Below are positions 62,836-64,000 of a stretch of 64,000 bases of DNA, piece after piece (positions within the stretch are counted from its first letter, which is position 1; every line of letters begins with the position of its first letter). The translations under genes and the position numbers were made by a program. The notes under the pieces were generated by a model. That model was not told the origin of the DNA and made no database searches. It worked only from the letters and a program-made list of their open reading frames with translations. Origin of the DNA: Pelagomonas calceolata (lineage: Eukaryota); assembly GCA_918797485.1 (NCBI GenBank), contig CAKKNE010000003.1:2852001-2916000 (forward strand), in the 5' to 3' direction.

Positions 62836-63450
62836 TTAATCAGGCGCGAGCACGACGTCCAGCACCCGGTCGTGCGCCTCGCGCGGCACGCGCTCGGAGG
62901 ACGGAAGCACCTGCGCGCCCAGGCACACGCCGACGGTCGCCGGCCGCGCGACCGCGGCGGCGTCGGCCGCCGCGTCGGCGCGCGCGAGCCAGTTGTCGTA
63001 GAAGCCCGCGCCGTGGCCGAGGCGGCCGTTGTCGCAGTCGAAGGCCACGCCTGGCACGACGACGAGGTCCACGCGCGCGTCGAGCGCGTCCTCCCGACTA
63101 TCGTCGCGCGGCGGCTCGGCGATGCCCCAGTTCGAGCGGGGAAACGCGTCAATGTCCGCCATGGAGAAGGCCTCGACCATGGCCATGTCCCGCGCCTTGA
63201 CGTCCTCGACGCGGGGCAGGAAGACGCGCTTGTTGGCCGCGAAGGCGGCCTCGAGGATGGGCGCCGTGTCAAGTTCGCCGGGCATGCTGCAGAAGGCGCA
63301 GACCTTCGTGGCGCTTTTCCAATTGTCCCGCGCGAAGAGGCGCTGGGCGACGCGGGCGCTCTCGCTCTGGATTTGAGTAGCTGGCAACGCAGCACAGACT
63401 GCCTTGATGGACCGGCGCAAGGCCTTTTTTGCGGCCAGGATTTCGACCAT
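62836..63450 (-). CDS. MTHFS: 5-formyltetrahydrofolate cyclo-ligase
   Basis: KKALR, ELDT, WGIAEP, DLVVVPGVAFD..RLGHGAGFYD, HDRVLD. Confidence 0.95.
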   Translation of the reverse strand: MVEILAAKKALRRSIKAVCAALPATQIQSESARVAQRLFARDNWKSATKVCAFCSMPGELDTAPILEAAFAANKRVFLPRVEDVKARDMAMVEAFSMADIDAFPRSNWGIAEPPRDDSREDALDARVDLVVVPGVAFDCDNGRLGHGAGFYDNWLARADAAADAAAVARPATVGVCLGAQVLPSSERVPREAHDRVLDVVLAPD

Positions 63451-63627
63451 ATTGAGCTATTACAGCTGCACGGCACTTTTGCACAGCTACACTGGCTTGA
63501 GTGTGAACGCTCGTCCAGGCGTCGCAGCGATGGCGTGCTGTTCTCTGTGCTATCTGAGGCGCCTCTGCCAGCACGGCTGACCTTCGACGGCCGCCGTAAC
63601 TCGTGCTTTTGCCGCTGGCAAGTGCTT

Positions 63628-63650
63628 GCTAGTGTCTTACAACACGCTAG
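63628..63650 (+). promoter_or_regulatory. CTAG-box element in divergent gap
   Basis: GCTAGTGTCTTACAACACGCTAG. Confidence 0.75.
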
Positions 63651-63824
63651 GTGCGGAGCGGACACCCGACGCGTGTACGCGGCACACACATCGCTGCACG
63701 ACGCGTGCTGCTATACACTCCTTCGGACTGGTGACTCGCGCTGTTCGACTCTTTGGGCATCCATCGACACCCAGCAGCTCGGTTACACGTGTAGACTGCC
63801 AGGTGTCGTTGCTCGGCGTCGCAG

Positions 63825-64000
63825 ATGCTGCTGATGCGCCGCGCAACGCGCCTGCAGCGGCGCCACCGCGCGTTCCTCGGCACCCTCGCCCTGGCCCAAG
63901 CGCGCGCCCGGCCAAACATCGTCGTATCCCCGGCGGACGGCCAACGCGTCGTCGCGCTGGACGGCAGTGCGAGCCTCACGCTGCGCCTCAGCACGCGACG
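63825..64000 (+). CDS. 5' end of an unidentified gene running off the window
   Basis: ATG at 63825 is open to the window end (MLLMRRATR..VVSPADGQRV) and lies downstream of a CTAG-box. Confidence 0.4.
   Translation, partial: MLLMRRATRLQRRHRAFLGTLALAQARARPNIVVSPADGQRVVALDGSASLTLRLSTR

Noticed and set aside
866..63450. Prokaryotic operon or contamination suggested by bacterial-like genes (cynS, rsuA, ChaN, YeeE, HNH)
   Set aside because: These genes are interspersed with intron-containing eukaryotic genes, several carry targeting presequences, and they share the same composition.
3958..63650. CTAG-box copies as a CRISPR array or Helitron 3' ends
   Set aside because: Copies are dispersed singly, kb apart, with no spacer periodicity. 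No shared upstream body or subterminal hairpin was seen.
1..64000. Numerous long overlapping or antisense ORFs rich in Arg/Ala/Pro (e.g. 22528-23934, 38395-39813, 62674-63834)
   Set aside because: Expected shadows of GC-rich coding sequence on the other strand or frame; no motifs.

Overview
Gene-dense, GC-rich eukaryotic nuclear DNA with short spliceosomal introns (GT-AG and GC-AG) and many stramenopile-type bipartite plastid presequences. It is most consistent with a pelagophyte alga such as Pelagomonas or Aureococcus (inference; no search run). About 45 protein-coding genes or gene fragments are listed, some at low confidence. They include cyanate lyase, a cGMP-dependent kinase, ERO1, two annexins, an HNH nuclease, a sirtuin, cytochrome c and selenoprotein O. 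Highlights: (1) a bipartite element CTAGTGTCTTAC-N(3-5)-CGCTAG in about 19 copies, almost all in 5' flanks and divergent promoters; (2) a family of intron-creating TIR elements with 8-bp target-site duplications, plus many TIR-less introns sharing their CGATGGCGT core; (3) a SIM-bearing PARP-like ADP-ribosyltransferase head-to-head with a macro/PARG-like protein; (4) SELENOO with UGA recoding and a SECIS lacking the apical AA, plus two further in-frame UGA codons; (5) a helically phased GTAATTAC palindrome array. No rRNA, tRNA or CRISPR array was seen. All family assignments come from motif recognition by eye.
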